A stretch of DNA of 64,000 nt from an uncultured Chthonomonadaceae bacterium (GCA_963817895.1 CAWFQB010000009.1:64001-128000), one strand, 5' to 3'. Positions 10,049 to 22,651 are shown, counted from the stretch's first letter. Notes: generated from the sequence alone by a model not told the origin. Numbers and translations are program-made.

Positions 10049-10441
10049 ATGGCTGTTGAAGAGAAAATCAAACGCAACTGGCAGATCGAAGACGAATTTT
10101 CCGAGCCGGCGAGACTGCTTCAAGAGCAGGCAAAAACGATCCGCGAAGAAACAGACGGCGTTCTTTATGGCATCGTGAAAAAAGACATTCTTCCTCCGGT
10201 CAACGGGGTTGGATATCATCTCGACGTTGGCATTGAAGGAAATGTTTTTCGTTCTTCCTCCATTTCCATACGTCACAAGCGAGATGCAGAGTACCCGGTT
10301 ATCGTTACCAACATGCTTGAAGGCGACGGTATGAAGGTAGCCGACGCCGAGGCTTTCAAGCAGCGCGTCTGCGATATTTTGCACGATTCAACCACGCTTG
10401 CGCAGTATAAGCGCATGATAGAATACGCAAAGAAGCCTTAA
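10049..10441 (+). CDS. Hypothetical protein, probable partner of the EEP gene
   Basis: Starts 12 nt after the EEP stop with GAGG RBS; N-terminal W...P-x-x-LL-x-EQA...T-x-G-x-L motif. Confidence 0.7.
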   Translation: MAVEEKIKRNWQIEDEFSEPARLLQEQAKTIREETDGVLYGIVKKDILPPVNGVGYHLDVGIEGNVFRSSSISIRHKRDAEYPVIVTNMLEGDGMKVADAEAFKQRVCDILHDSTTLAQYKRMIEYAKKP

Positions 10442-10458
10442 TCGGTAAGAAGGATTCT

Positions 10459-10794
10459 ATGGCAGCCAGCGAAAAACGGGTTCAGTTACAAATTGGAATC
10501 ATAGCCATTGTCTCTACACAAGATGACATGGATTGCGTTGAATTGTGTACCACGCCAGACGAACAGGAAGTGAGGGGTTTCAACACAAAGGGCTTTCTGT
10601 TGAAATATGGCTTGGAAGAGCATAAGGGCTTTCACCTTTTGCTCAAGCAACTCGAGGCGACTATCAGCTTGGGGATTGATCGTCAGACTTATTGCATGAA
10701 AACAGGTCAAACTGACGATTTCTTAAAAACGGTTGACCTGTTAATAGCCGACTATTTCTCTTATGCTTGTACTCGCGGCGATGCTTCATTCTGA
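10459..10794 (+). CDS. Hypothetical protein
   Basis: AAGGA RBS, operon spacing, 111 aa. Confidence 0.5.
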   Translation: MAASEKRVQLQIGIIAIVSTQDDMDCVELCTTPDEQEVRGFNTKGFLLKYGLEEHKGFHLLLKQLEATISLGIDRQTYCMKTGQTDDFLKTVDLLIADYFSYACTRGDASF

Positions 10795-10880
10795 CAATTC
10801 AAGATTGCCTGTTAGAGGTGAGTGGGCGTACCATTCAACAAATTTTTCTCATTCAGCAAGTCATTCTAAAGGCGAATGCT

Positions 10881-11717
10881 ATGCGGCCTATATGGATAAT
10901 TGAAGCGGGCGTGTTCGGGCAGAACGCGGAACGGCTACGGGCGGAAGTGGAGCGGCAGGGCATGGAATGCTGGTCGGTACGACAGTACGCGCTTGCCGAC
11001 GATTCGATGGCGTCCCTGCGCGGCGAACCGCTGGCGCCTGACGATTGCGTGATTTGCTACAGCACGTTTCCGTTTGCTCAAGATGTGGAGGCGCGAGGAT
11101 GGAAATCGGGAGCGTGGTGCAGTTTCGATAATCTGGCATGTTCGATGTACTACGCTTATTTTGGGCGTTATCTGCTCAATCAGCAGTATACGCTGCTTCC
11201 CAGCCTTGAGGCCATGCGGCAACGGGAGTTTCTGTATCAGACATTTGGACGGAACGGACAGGTGTTCGCGCGTCCCAACGGCGTGGAGAAACTGTTTACG
11301 GGGCGGTGTGTTGCCGAAGAAGATTTTGCGGTTGCGCTTGCCCCGGCCCGCTATAACCCGACAACACAGGTTGTGATCGCCGCGCCGCAAACTATTGGGC
11401 GCGAGTGGCGGCTGGTGGTTGCGGAACACGCCATTGTTGCGGCAAGTCAGTACATGGAGCAGGGAAAGTTTGCCGTCGCGCCCGGTTGTCCCAAAAGCGT
11501 CCGCGAATTTGTACAAAACATGCTCAACGAAGTTCAATGGCGTCCCGACCCGATATTTATGGTGGATGTATGCGAGTCGAACGGAAATCTATATCTGCTG
11601 GAATTGAACAGTTTCAGTTGTTCAGGATTGTATCAGTGCGACATGGCCGAAGTCGTTGCCGCAGCAAGCGACATAGCCCAACAAACGCGCGTATCGAACT
11701 TTGTAGCATCCGCGTAA
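10881..11717 (+). CDS. ATP-grasp domain protein (DUF4343/R2K-like)
   Basis: VFARP...KLFTG, REWRLVV, SQY, MVDVCES...LLELNSFSCSGLY. Confidence 0.8.
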   Translation: MRPIWIIEAGVFGQNAERLRAEVERQGMECWSVRQYALADDSMASLRGEPLAPDDCVICYSTFPFAQDVEARGWKSGAWCSFDNLACSMYYAYFGRYLLNQQYTLLPSLEAMRQREFLYQTFGRNGQVFARPNGVEKLFTGRCVAEEDFAVALAPARYNPTTQVVIAAPQTIGREWRLVVAEHAIVAASQYMEQGKFAVAPGCPKSVREFVQNMLNEVQWRPDPIFMVDVCESNGNLYLLELNSFSCSGLYQCDMAEVVAAASDIAQQTRVSNFVASA

Positions 11718-11836
11718 TCTATGGATTGTTCTTTGCCTTTCTTCTGCTTTCTTTGCGGTCTTTGCGCCTTTGCGGTTTGCATCTGAATGTTTTCGTCTTA
11801 TTTTGCTTCTTTCGCGGTTAATTCAGGGAGAACTAC

Positions 11837-13001
11837 ATGCCGGAATTTTCTTTAAGTACCGATAACTGGGATTTGCATCAGCGCGCGGAACGGGACCGCC
11901 AGCGCCACAACGACAAGGTGAAAGAGGTCATCAAGCAGAATCTTGGCGACATCATCAGCCAGCAGGACATCATCACGGCGGATCAGGGCAAGATCGTCAA
12001 AATTCCCGTGCGCGGCCTGGAACTGCCCCGCATCCGCTTCGACAACGACGAGCGCGAACGGGTCGGGCAGGGCGGCGGCGGTTCCAAACCCGGCGACATC
12101 ATTGCCCGCGCCCCTTCGGATGAGGAGGGACAGGGGACGGGCAAGCAGGCGGGACAGGAACCGGGGACAGACTTTTACGAGGCCGAACTGACGCTGGAAG
12201 AGCTGACCAGCCTTGTGTTTGAAGACCTGCACCTGCCCAATCTGGAAGAGCGCGGCGTCAAGCAGATCATGTCGGAACACGCCGACTTCAACAGCATCAG
12301 CAAGCGCGGCATCACCAGCAATCTGGATCGCAAGCGGACGCTGCTGGAAGCCTATAAGCGCAATGCCCGCGAGGGCAAACCCGGCTGGACGGTGAAGAAC
12401 GAGGACCGCCGCTATAAAACGTGGGAAGTGGTGACGGAGCCGCAGCGCAACGCGGTTATCTTCGCCATGCGCGACGTGTCCGGCTCGATGGGCGAATTTG
12501 AAGCGTATATCTGCCGCTCGTTCTACTTCTGGATGCTGCGCTTCCTGCGCAAAAAATATTCCAGCGCGGAAATCGTGTTCATTACCTGCCACACGGAAGC
12601 CAAAGAGGTGGATGAAAACGCCTTTTTCGGACTGGGCGATTCGGGCGGCACGAAAATGAGCGAGGCGTACAAGCTCGCCATGCGGATCATTGACAAGCGC
12701 TACAATCCGCGCGAGTGGAACATCTACCCGTTCCTGTTTTCCGACGGCTACAACTGGGGCGATCAGGAATGCGTGGAGCTGATGAGGAAAATGGTGGAAA
12801 TCTCCAACCTCATCGGGTACGGCGAAATCGCCAACGACATCTGGAGCCAGTCGCCCTCTTTCGCGCCGCTCGGACAGGCGTATGAGGAGGCGTTCGCCGA
12901 ACGAACCGCGCGTCTGCCTGGTCAAAATCAACAACAAGGAAGACGTCTGGCCCGCCCTGCAAAAGTTCTTCAGCAAGCACCCGGAATTGCAGACTGCGTA
13001 A
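11837..13001 (+). CDS. yeaH: YeaH/YhbH (DUF444) protein, frameshift near 12900
   Basis: AMRDVSGSMG, SGGT, WNIYPFLFSDGYNW; C-terminus ...INNKEDVWPALQKFF... lies in a shifted frame ending at TAA 13001. Confidence 0.9.
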
Positions 13002-13017
13002 GGAGACCGGTTCAGCC

Positions 13018-14471
13018 ATGAACCATAAAGACCGCGAGGAACTGGAAAAGTGGATTGACATTATCACGGAAAAGGCGGCGGAGTACGGGCTGGACTGCTA
13101 CCCGACGCACTTTGAAGTGGTTCCCGACCACGTTATCTACGAACTCGGCAGCTACAGCCTGCCCGCCCGCTTTTCGCACTGGACGTTCGGGCGCGATTAT
13201 CACCGCCAGAAGACCATGTACGATTACGGCATGGCGAAAATCTACGAGATCGTCTTCAATACCGATCCGTGCCAGGCGTTTCTGATGGACAGCAACAGCA
13301 TGCTGTCGCATAAGTTCGTCGTGGCGCATGTTTTGGGACACAACGACTTTTTCAAGAACAACAGTCTATTTCGAGCATACCGACCGGCGCATGATCGAAA
13401 AAGTCCGGCTGCACGGCAACCGTATCCGCAAGTACGAAGAAGAGTACGGCCCGATGGCAATCGAGGAGTTTCTGGATGAGGTAATCTCCATCGAGGAACA
13501 CTTCGATACCGGCCTGACAACCTCGTTCCGCCGCAAAACGCCCGAACAGCACGAAGCGGAACGCCTGAAGCCCTCCAAACCGACAACCGAATACGATGAC
13601 CTGTGGAACCTGTCCCAAACCCAGAGCGGGCCGGAGCAAACCGAAAGCGCGTAAGTTCCCGCCCGAACCCGACAAAGACCTGCTCGGTTTTTTGCGCGAC
13701 CACGCTCCCGAACTGGAAAAATGGCAGCGCGACATCCTCAACATGATCCGCGAGGAGATGATTTATTTCATCCCGCAAATGCGTACGAAGATAATTAACG
13801 AGGGTTGCGCCTCATTTTGGCATGAACGAATCATGACGAATCTGGATTTAACGCCGCAAGAGCATCTGGAATTTCGCCGCCTGCATGCGTCCGTGCTGTC
13901 GCCGGGTTCGCCCATGTCTATCAATCCGTACTATGTCGGCTATAACATTTTCCGCGACATCGAGCGGCGGTGGAATGGCGAAGAAGATAAAGAATTTCCT
14001 GAGAGCGACTGGCGGGGCGAGGAACTGCATCGTCCGAGCGGCGAAGGTATCAAGAAAATCTTTGAAGTGCGGCGGGATGAGGCCGACGTGACGTTCCTGC
14101 GCAAGTACCTGACGCAGGGATTGGTCAACAGGCTGGACATGTACACCTACAAGCAGGAAGAAGTGAACGGCGAAAACATGTGGGTGGTGCAGGAAACCGA
14201 CTGGCGCAAAGTGCGCGATACGCTTCTGGACGGCATGACCAACTTCGGTATTCCGGTCATTTATGTGGAGGACGCGGATTACAACCGGCATGGCGAATTG
14301 CTGCTGCGCCACGCTTATGACGGCAAACCCTTAGACCGGGATTACACCGCCCGCACCATGAAACACATCTTCAACATCTGGAAGCGGCCCGTACATTTGC
14401 AAACGGAATACGACGATGAAACGGTTTTGTTGTCGCACGATGGCGAGGATTTCACAGAAGAAATTCTTTAG
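13018..14471 (+). CDS. spoVR: SpoVR family protein (frameshifts near 13365 and 13620)
   Basis: LPARFSHWTFG, KIYEIV, AHVLGHNDFFKNN, TKIINEG-x-ASFWH, NPYYVG, GELLLRH. Confidence 0.9.
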
Positions 14472-14507
14472 GGTATAGCCCAAAATCAGGGAAAGCGATG
14501 TGGGAGG

Positions 14508-14533
14508 CAGCGTCGAAATATTGGCAATGCAGC
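14508..14533. repeat. 26-bp dispersed repeat, copy 2
   Basis: Identical to 1380-1405. Confidence 0.8.
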
Positions 14534-14589
14534 TTTGCCACTATTTCGGTTGGAGTAGCAAGCCCTGTGGCTCACGCCGCGAGTGTTAC

Positions 14590-14628
14590 GCCTGTCAGGA
14601 CAGCCGACTGTCCTGACAGGCTGTTTTG
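14590..14628. terminator. Terminator between convergent genes
   Basis: 14-bp stem GCCTGTCAGGACAG / CTGTCCTGACAGGC. Confidence 0.7.
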
Positions 14629-14632
14629 GTTT

Positions 14633-15832
14633 CTAGCGCAGCGGGTGGTGAATATTCGCTTTTCGCGGCGTGGGTTTCACGGGTATGGGCATGGTCAGCG
14701 CTTTGAGATGCTTTGCCAGCGCGGACGCAGTTGCCAACGGACTGCCGATGCCTTCACTGGCGGGACGCCCGTTTTCTGCCGGGTACAGGTATTTGCCCTG
14801 CTCCGCGCCCGTCTTCTCCGTCTCCACGACAAGGGGATGAGCGCGGGCATACGCATCCTGCCGCGTTCCCGTCACCTGCCACGATACTTCCATGCCCGCC
14901 TTGCCGCCCGCGATCTCGAACCGGTTGCTCCGCATCTTCTGCGCCACAAACAGAGCCGGAGCCGCTTCGCCGATGGCGGTCAGCTGGTAGTGGAAGCGGG
15001 TGTTTTCCGCCTCGAACCAGTCGGGCATCTGCACGGTCGCCCGTCCGTCGCTGTCGAGGATTGTGTCGCCCGTATACAGGTTGAGTTGTTCGCTGCTTTC
15101 GATGCAGCTATGCGTGAGGTACTTGTGGGCGGGATCGAGCGGATGATCTATCTTGAAGTTCTTGGAGCCTGCGCTGAGAGTGCCGATCACCTGCACATTG
15201 CCCTGAAAGTATCCGCCGAAGCCCCCTCTGGAAGCCGTCTCGCCATATACGCCGACGCGCCCGTACCCCGCCGTTCCGAAGCCCGCATTACAATGCCCTT
15301 CCATCCCGACCGCATTGTAAAACGCGTTGTTGTTGAAGAAGTAGCCGGTGGGACTGACGTTGGAGTCGCCGATGCCGATGATGGCTGCGCCGCCGTTCGT
15401 GTTGGTTCCATACAAGCCTGCCCCGCTGCTGCCCGCGCTCGTGGTTCCATACACGCCGATGCCGCTGACGGACGCGCCGTACACGCCCGAACCGCTGGAA
15501 CCATCCCCAAACCCGTACACGCCCGTTGTGGTCGCTCCCGCATTGGCATAGCCGTACACGCCCGAACCGCCCGTGCTGGTGGCGTACAAGCCCACGCTGG
15601 CCGGATCCATACTGGCGGTACTGGCGAACACGCCATCGCTGACGTTGCCCGTGGTGGCGTCATTGGAAAACGCCGCGACAGCGCTGTTGACCGCCTCCGC
15701 ATCTCCGGCATACGGCAGGCTAAACCCGGTAGACTGGCTGATGGCGGGCTGATACGCCACGACCACACTCAGCAACGCCACACTCCCCGCCCACCGCAGC
15801 GGCAGGGGGCATTTTCGTATCCATGTCTTCAT
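14633..15832 (-). CDS. Secreted Gly-rich (GVYG repeat) fibre-like protein with a C-terminal chaperone-like domain
   Basis: AAGGAG RBS, signal peptide, repeated GVYG, C-terminal KNFKIDHPLDP...LTH...ES...YQLTAIG. Confidence 0.75.
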   Translation of the reverse strand: MKTWIRKCPLPLRWAGSVALLSVVVAYQPAISQSTGFSLPYAGDAEAVNSAVAAFSNDATTGNVSDGVFASTASMDPASVGLYATSTGGSGVYGYANAGATTTGVYGFGDGSSGSGVYGASVSGIGVYGTTSAGSSGAGLYGTNTNGGAAIIGIGDSNVSPTGYFFNNNAFYNAVGMEGHCNAGFGTAGYGRVGVYGETASRGGFGGYFQGNVQVIGTLSAGSKNFKIDHPLDPAHKYLTHSCIESSEQLNLYTGDTILDSDGRATVQMPDWFEAENTRFHYQLTAIGEAAPALFVAQKMRSNRFEIAGGKAGMEVSWQVTGTRQDAYARAHPLVVETEKTGAEQGKYLYPAENGRPASEGIGSPLATASALAKHLKALTMPIPVKPTPRKANIHHPLR

Positions 15833-15935
15833 CGCGCACTCTCCTTTTGGCAACGGCAGTAGCAAAGTAACTCGTCTGCGATAGCAGAGTAACCCATCAG
15901 AAATCATTGCCCGCTCAGGCAACACCTCCTGAACA

Positions 15936-15969
15936 CAGTATAACCGATGTTTCGTTACTACAGCGTTAC
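15936..15969 (-). promoter_or_regulatory. GTAACG-repeat promoter, site A
   Basis: Minus strand GTAACGC-TGTA-GTAACGA-AACATCGGT-TATACT. Confidence 0.75.
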
Positions 15970-16008
15970 AGAATATCCGTCCAGCGCGGATACGGGTCGC
16001 GCGGTTTT

Positions 16009-16063
16009 GTAACGTAATTGATGCATTTGGTAACGCTGTAGTAACGGAACCTCGGTTATACTG
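16009..16063 (+). promoter_or_regulatory. GTAACG-repeat promoter, site B
   Basis: GTAACG at 16009, then GTAACGC-TGTA-GTAACGG-AACCTCGGT-TATACT. Confidence 0.75.
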
Positions 16064-16168
16064 TGCCTGACGCGGGAAGCGCGCCGAAGCGGAAGATTTG
16101 CCGCTTCCTGCGAACGCGCCCTGCGTCCCGATATGACAACAGATTATCCATATAAGGAGAACTCGATC

Positions 16169-18656
16169 ATGCGCGCCTTTTCTCGTATTCCCCTGCGCTC
16201 ACGCAGGCCTATTTCCCGTTGGCTCGTTTCCCTGTTGGGACTGCTGCTGTTCAGTCTGGCATGTGCCGCCTCACGAGCGAATACCTTCACCGTGACAACC
16301 CTCAACGACAGCGGCATGGGTTCGCTGCGGCAGGCGATTACCGATGCCAACGCCAATGCGGGAGCCGACAGCATTGTATTTGCCAGCGGGTTGACAGGAA
16401 CCATCGCGCTCACGTCTGCCCTGCCCAACCTGACGGATGATGTTACGCTGAACGGGCCGGGAGCCAAACTGCTGACGATTGCCCGCAGTTCGGCGTCGGG
16501 AACCCCGGCGTTCCGCATCTTCACCATTGACGCGGACACAGCTACGCCCCCGACAGTCAGTATCTCCGGCCTTACGTTGAGCAACGGCTTGATACAATAC
16601 ACAACAGGCGGCGAGAAATACTATGGTGGCGCGGTGCTGAGTAACAAAGCCAATGTGACGTTTACCGACTGCGCCCTCTCCGGCAACAGCATCTACTTGC
16701 CTTTCGCGCTTAATTATGGAACGAACCCTCCCGTTCCTCTCGGCTTCGGCGGCGGCGTCTACAACTATCAGGGAGCGATGACTCTGACGCGCTGCACAGT
16801 CAGCAACAATGTAGTCACCTCGTATGGCGGTCAGGCCAACGGCGGCGGCCTGTTCAACGATGCGGGAACGCTGACCCTGACCAACTGCACCCTCAGCGGC
16901 AATCAAGCCGTCAGTCAAGCTATCCTGATTCTAATACGCTGGTCATACCCCATGATTATGAACGGCAGCGCGTATGCTGGCGGTATCTGGAACGGCGGCG
17001 CGCTGACCCTGACCAACTGCACTTTCGCCGGTAACAGCGCTATCAACCACTGTTTGGGTTATGGCTGGGATGGATGGTTTTTTATTCCGTATGATACTGC
17101 GGGCAGCGGCAGTAGCGTGTACAATGCCGGCACAAGCGGCAGTACGCAAGTCACCCTCTACCAGACCATTCTGGCAAGCGGCAGCGCGGCAGGCGGCCAG
17201 AACGTTGTCAACGCGGCGGGCATCGTCCTCACCTCACTCGGCTACAACCTGAGCAATGACGCCACCGGCCCCAACGACGGCGCAACGGATCGTCTCAACA
17301 TGGATGCGAAACTCAGCCCGCTGAACTACTACGGCGGCCCAACGCCTACCTGCGTTCCGCTGTTGGGCAGTCCGGCTATTGACGCGGGCGACCTCAACTT
17401 CAATAACACTCCTCCCGCAACGGATCAGCGCGGCCAGCCTCGCGTTGTCAACGGACGGGTAGACATCGGCGCTGTGGAGCGTCAGGCAGGCGAGTTGGTT
17501 GCCCTCAACGATGCGTACTCCGTCAAGCATGACCATACGTCGCGAGTTGCCGCGTCCGGTGTGCTGACAAACGACACGGGAGTGGCTCCCCTGTCCGCCG
17601 TTCTCGTCGCGTCCGCCGCGCATGGCACCCTCCTGCTCAATGCCGACGGCTCGTTCGTGTACACGCCCAACGCCGGGTACGCATTAACCAGCAGCAGCAC
17701 AGACAGCTTCACCTACGCGGTACAGGACGGCATCGGCAGGACAAGCAACGTCGCCACTGTAACCATTACCATCATTGCCGACAATGCGCCTGTGTTGACC
17801 AACAGCCTGAGCGCCACCACAATGCCGGGGCAGGCGTGGAACTTCACGGCAACGGCAACGGACGCCGATCTGCCCGACGACGCGCTCACCTTTGCCCTTG
17901 TCAATGCCCCCTCCGGCATGACCATCAACGCGGCAACCGGCGCAATCGCGTGGACGCCACAGGCAGAAAACACAACAACGTTTAGCATCAAAGTCACGGA
18001 TCGTTATGGACTGAGCGCCCAGGCAGACGTTCACGCTCACCGTGTACGACAACCCGCCCGCGCTGACCAACAGCCTGAGCGCAACAGCAACGGCAGGGCA
18101 AGTCTGGAACCTCACGGCAACGGCAACGGACGCCGACCTGCCCAACGACGCGCTGACGTTTGCCCTTGTCAACGCCCCGGCTGGCATGACCATCAACGCG
18201 GCAACCGGCGTGATCGCGTGGACACACCGAACAGAAGGCGTGTTTACATTTGACATCAAGGTCACGGATCGGTTCGGCAAAAGCGACCAGAAGACGTTCA
18301 CGCTCACGGTACAAACCGACCCGAACGGCTCTGTCAGTCTAAGCATTACGAATGTCACGCTGCAACGCGGCGCGTACTACCCAAATACGGTGCTAGTCTT
18401 GTTCGATGTGGTCAACAACGGCACAGGGAGGGCGACAAACCTTGTCATTTCGCGCGCCACACTCGGCTCCGGGTTGTGCGTTCTCAACTCCACGCCGGTC
18501 AGTTTGGGGGCAGGAGGCAAGCAGACGTACGGGCTCACGTTCTTAGGGGTCGTGTGCCTGCCGAAAGTGGTATATCCGCTGCAAATACGCGGAACCTACC
18601 AGGCGCAGAATACCACGCAATCCCTGTTTTATGGCGGCGGCGTGATTGTGCCATAA
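16169..18656 (+). CDS. Secreted adhesin-like protein: beta-helix/choice-of-anchor Q, Ig-like and two putative Ig domains (frameshift near 18025)
   Basis: VTTLNDSGMGSLRQAI, GGPTPT...SPAIDAG...DQRG...DIGAVE, GTLLLNADGSFVYTP, duplicated ATDADLP...GMTINAATG domain. Confidence 0.85.
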
Positions 18657-18749
18657 TCGCTTGCAGGCTTTTACTGCCGGATTCGCGTCACCGCAGCAGG
18701 ACGCGACTCAGCGTTATCGTGACGAACATCGCGTCAATCTAAATTTTTA

Positions 18750-18783
18750 GTAACGCAACGGTAACGCAAATCCGGTTATACTA
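18750..18783 (+). promoter_or_regulatory. GTAACG-repeat promoter, site C
   Basis: GTAACGC-AACG-GTAACGC-AAATCCGGT-TATACT. Confidence 0.75.
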
Positions 18784-18913
18784 TGCTCACGGGGCAAGCG
18801 CGCAGAGTCCGGATGCTCTGCCGCTTCCCCTGTCTCCTGCTGGTTATGCCCGTCAACGATGTCAGGAACTATCAACTATCAACCCTCAACTCTCAACTTC
18901 GACAGGAAGCCGG

Positions 18914-21900
18914 ATGGACGACCGCTTTTATATCACCGGGGGTACGCTGCCCCTGGACGCCGATTCGTATGTGACCCGCCGCGCCGATACGGAACTCTTC
19001 GAGTATCTGCGGCGGGGCGAGTTTTGCTACGTTCTCAACACGCGGCAGGTGGGCAAATCCTCGCTCATGGTGCGCGTGGCCCAGGCGCTGCGAACCGAGG
19101 GCGTTCGCGTCGTCCTGCTGGACCCGACCGCGATTGGCGTAAACGTCACCGTCGAGGAGTGGTACGACGGCCTGCTTACCATCATTGCGGAGCAACTGAG
19201 TCTGCGGCGGGAACTGGAAGACTTCTGGCTGGAGCATCCCCGTTTGGGGCCGATGCAGCGGTGGATGCAGGCGCTGGAACATGTCGCGCTGGCAGGTTCG
19301 CCGGAACCCCTGTGCATCTTCGTGGACGAGATCGACTCGGTGCAAAGCCTGCCGTTTTCCGCCGATGAGTTTTTCGGAGGCATCCGCGAGTGTTATAATC
19401 GCCGCGCCTACAATCCGGCCTTCCGGCGTCTCACCTTCTGCCTGCTCGGAGTCGCCGCGCCCGTTGACCTGATCGCCGACCCGCGCATCACGCCGTTCAA
19501 TATCGGCAGGCGCATTGAACTAACGGACTTCACGCCGGACGAAGCCGCGCCACTCGCAAGCGGATTAAACCACGGGGAACACGGGGAACACGGGGGAGGA
19601 GAGGGGGAGAAAGGAAGGGGGGAACAAAATCCCTATTCATCCTTCATCCTTCATCCTTCATCCTTTGCTTCTCTTCTCAACCGTATACTTTATTGGACAG
19701 GTGGGCATCCGTATTTGACGCAGAAATTGTGCAGCGCGTTGGCGCAAAGAAACGGGGTTCCGACAAATGCCGACGTGGATGCGGTTTGTGAGGAACTGTT
19801 TTTGAGTTGGCGGGCGCAGAAGACGGACGACAATCTCGTTTTTGCCCGCAGCCGCCTGCTGTATGAGGAAGCCAATCGCGCCGCGCTGCTGGATATGTAT
19901 GTGGGTATTCTGGACGGGCGGAAAATTCGGGACGATGCCACCAATCCCCTCCACAGCGTTTTGCGTTTGTCCGGCATTGCGCAGGCCGAGAATGGACTGC
20001 TGACGGTTCGCAACCGAATCTATGCCCATGTGTTCAACAAGCAATGGGCGCGCGACAACATGCCGGGCGAGGAACTGCGGCGGCAAAAACGCGCCTATCG
20101 CCTGGGCGTCTTGCGGACGGCGTTCGTCGCCGCCCTGCTGCTGGCCGTGATTTCTGGTTTTGGCGCGCGAGCTTACTTTGCGGAGCAAAACGCGCGGACA
20201 TCCGCAAAGGCGGCACGAACCTCCGAAAAGGCTGCTCAGACGGCGCAAGAACTGGCGCAAAAGGAGGCAGAAAATTCCAATCGGCTGCTGTATGCTACCC
20301 ATATGAACCTGCTGCAGCGCGCGTATCAGGACGAGGACATTGGACGCGCCAGAGACCTGCTGGCGGAAACAGAGGCATCGCCCTATCGCGGCTTTGAATG
20401 GAACTACTGGAACCGCCTGCTCAAGCGCGAACGCCTTGCCCTTCCCATCGCGGAGCCACAAAGCCTGCTCGTCTGGTCACGAGACGGGCGCTGGATCGTG
20501 ACACAAACGCAGTCCACACAGAATACGCCCCACCTCTCCCTCTGGGACGCCTGGACGGGAAAGCATGTTCGAACGCTTGCGGGGCGCGCGGATACTTTGC
20601 TCGGCGTAGCCTCGCCCATTGCGGCCAACTGTGTCGCGCTCGTGGATGCGCCGCAGGGGAAAACGGGAACCGTCCGTCTGGTCAACCCCGCGACGGGCGA
20701 AACTCGGCATATTCTGCCTGTTCGCGCCGGGGGAGCGACGCTGTCCGAGGATGGCAGGCGCGTGTTTACGCTGGAACCGCAGTCGGACAACTGCACTCTG
20801 TTCAAGGCATGGGATGTGGAGCGCGGAACGCTGTTGCTAACCACGACGGTTAGCGGCGTACAGCTTTTTGGGGCGTGGACACAAACGCCCACGATCCAGT
20901 CCACCCGCGACTCGCGCCTGCTGTGTTTCGGCAGCGCGATAACGCGCGAGAACAGTCCTTTCACGTTGCTGAACACGCAGACCGGCGAACGTCAGTGGAC
21001 GCCGCCGGGAGCCTACAACCGTTACGCTCTTTCTCCCACCGGGCGCTTTCTCGTGGCAACAGAACAGGATGGCTTTGCGGCTGGCGCGTTTCAACTGTGG
21101 GACTTGCAGGCAAAGCGGCAGGTCGCCACCCTGCGGGGCAAACAAGCGAATGCGCCCGCCCTGCGCCCGCTTCCTACATGCTGTTCACGCTTGGTTTCTC
21201 CCCGAACGAACGCTGGATAGTGGGCGCGGGAGAGGATACGGCGTTCAACGGTTGCGTCTGGATTTGGGAGCGGGCGACGGGCAGGGAAAAGCGCGTCCTG
21301 ACCGGGCAGCGGCGAACGTGGGAAGCGAAGTTTTCTTCCGATGGCCGCGTGCTGTTTTCCGCTTCGAGAGACAACCGCCTATTCACCTGGAACACGGCAA
21401 CGTGGCAAAAAACCGGCGTGTATTCCAATGACGGCACGAATTCGCCTGTTCTGTCTCCCGATGGCAACGAGTTTCTGACGGTAGACCATCGCGGCGCTGT
21501 CCTACCCCCTGCAAGCCCGCCGGATGGCGGACAAACTTGAGATCGCTCCATCGCTCAAGGCGTCCGTTATAAGATACCAGGGTTTTCAGCGTGACGAGAG
21601 GCATTTGCGATTTCGTGGCGCAAATACGACCCGGGGACAACCGGCAGCACCGCATCTACGATATGCAAACAGGAATGCAGCATCTTCTGCCCTTTGATCA
21701 CACGGCGTCTGCCATTACTGTGGGAAACGACGCGTACGCCGCCGCCGCCAAAAATTTTGAAAAGGAAACATGGGTGGAAATACGGGACGGATTCTACAGG
21801 CAAGTTCATCCGTTTGCTGCATGACCCCCTGCTCTACTGGTGGATACGCGCCGACGGACCGTGGTGGGCGGCAATCCTCTACGAGGGCAAAATCAGCCCC

Positions 21901-22651
21901 ATGAGGGAAAGCGCGTTCGCCGGTCTTGGCAAGCATCATCCGCAGACGGTCTTGTGGAATGTCGAAACCGGAAAAGAGGTCGTTCGCCTTGCTCATCTGC
22001 GTTACACGCCCTGGCAGGTCTGGCCCAAATGCGGGACGCGCAAACTGATCCTCGTAGACACCGAGAATATTGCCCACTTTTGGAACGTCAGCCCCTTGCG
22101 GGAGACTCTTTCAGGTGCCAATGGGATCGGAAACACAGATAAAACTGGAAAATTTCAGCGTTTCGCCGGACGGCAAATACGTCAGCGTTCTCATCGCAGA
22201 AAACCATTTCGACGGGCGGATTGAAGTCCATGATTTCGAGACGGGCCAACTCTGCGCGCAAGATGAACACGCCTTTTATTATCAGCCGAGCAACGCCTTT
22301 TCGCCGGATGGAAAGGTTCGCGTCTGGGTGGACACGCAGCAGAACGCGCATCTCATGGAGGGGGCGACGGGCAAAGAAGTGGGGCTGTTGAAATCTATCG
22401 GCGGAGATTTTTCGTATCTGGCCTTTTCGCCGGATGGAGCGCGCATCGTTACGGGCACAACCGTCGGAACGCTCAAGCTGTGGGATGTCAGGACGGGAGC
22501 GGAACTGATGGTTGCCCGGTTGCCCGGCGAATTGGGTCCGTTGTCCTTTTCACCGGATGGAACGCATCTGGGAGTGAACGCCTGGACCAGCGGAAAAATA
22601 CGCGCGTTCGTCTGGGAGGCTCCCCTGCCTGCCGCCGTCAAGAGCCAGTGA
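18914..22651 (+). CDS. AAA_35 (AAA-like NTPase) - transmembrane helix - WD40 protein (several frameshifts 21170-22140)
   Basis: RQVGKSSL, IFVDEID, TPFNIG, WTGGHPYLTQ; TM VLRTAFVAALLLAVISGFG; RGFEWNYW; repeated FSPDG..LWD units spread over ORF fragments. Confidence 0.8.

Noticed and set aside
14633..15832. Prophage tail fibre gene
   Set aside because: It has a signal peptide and there are no phage structural or integrase genes nearby
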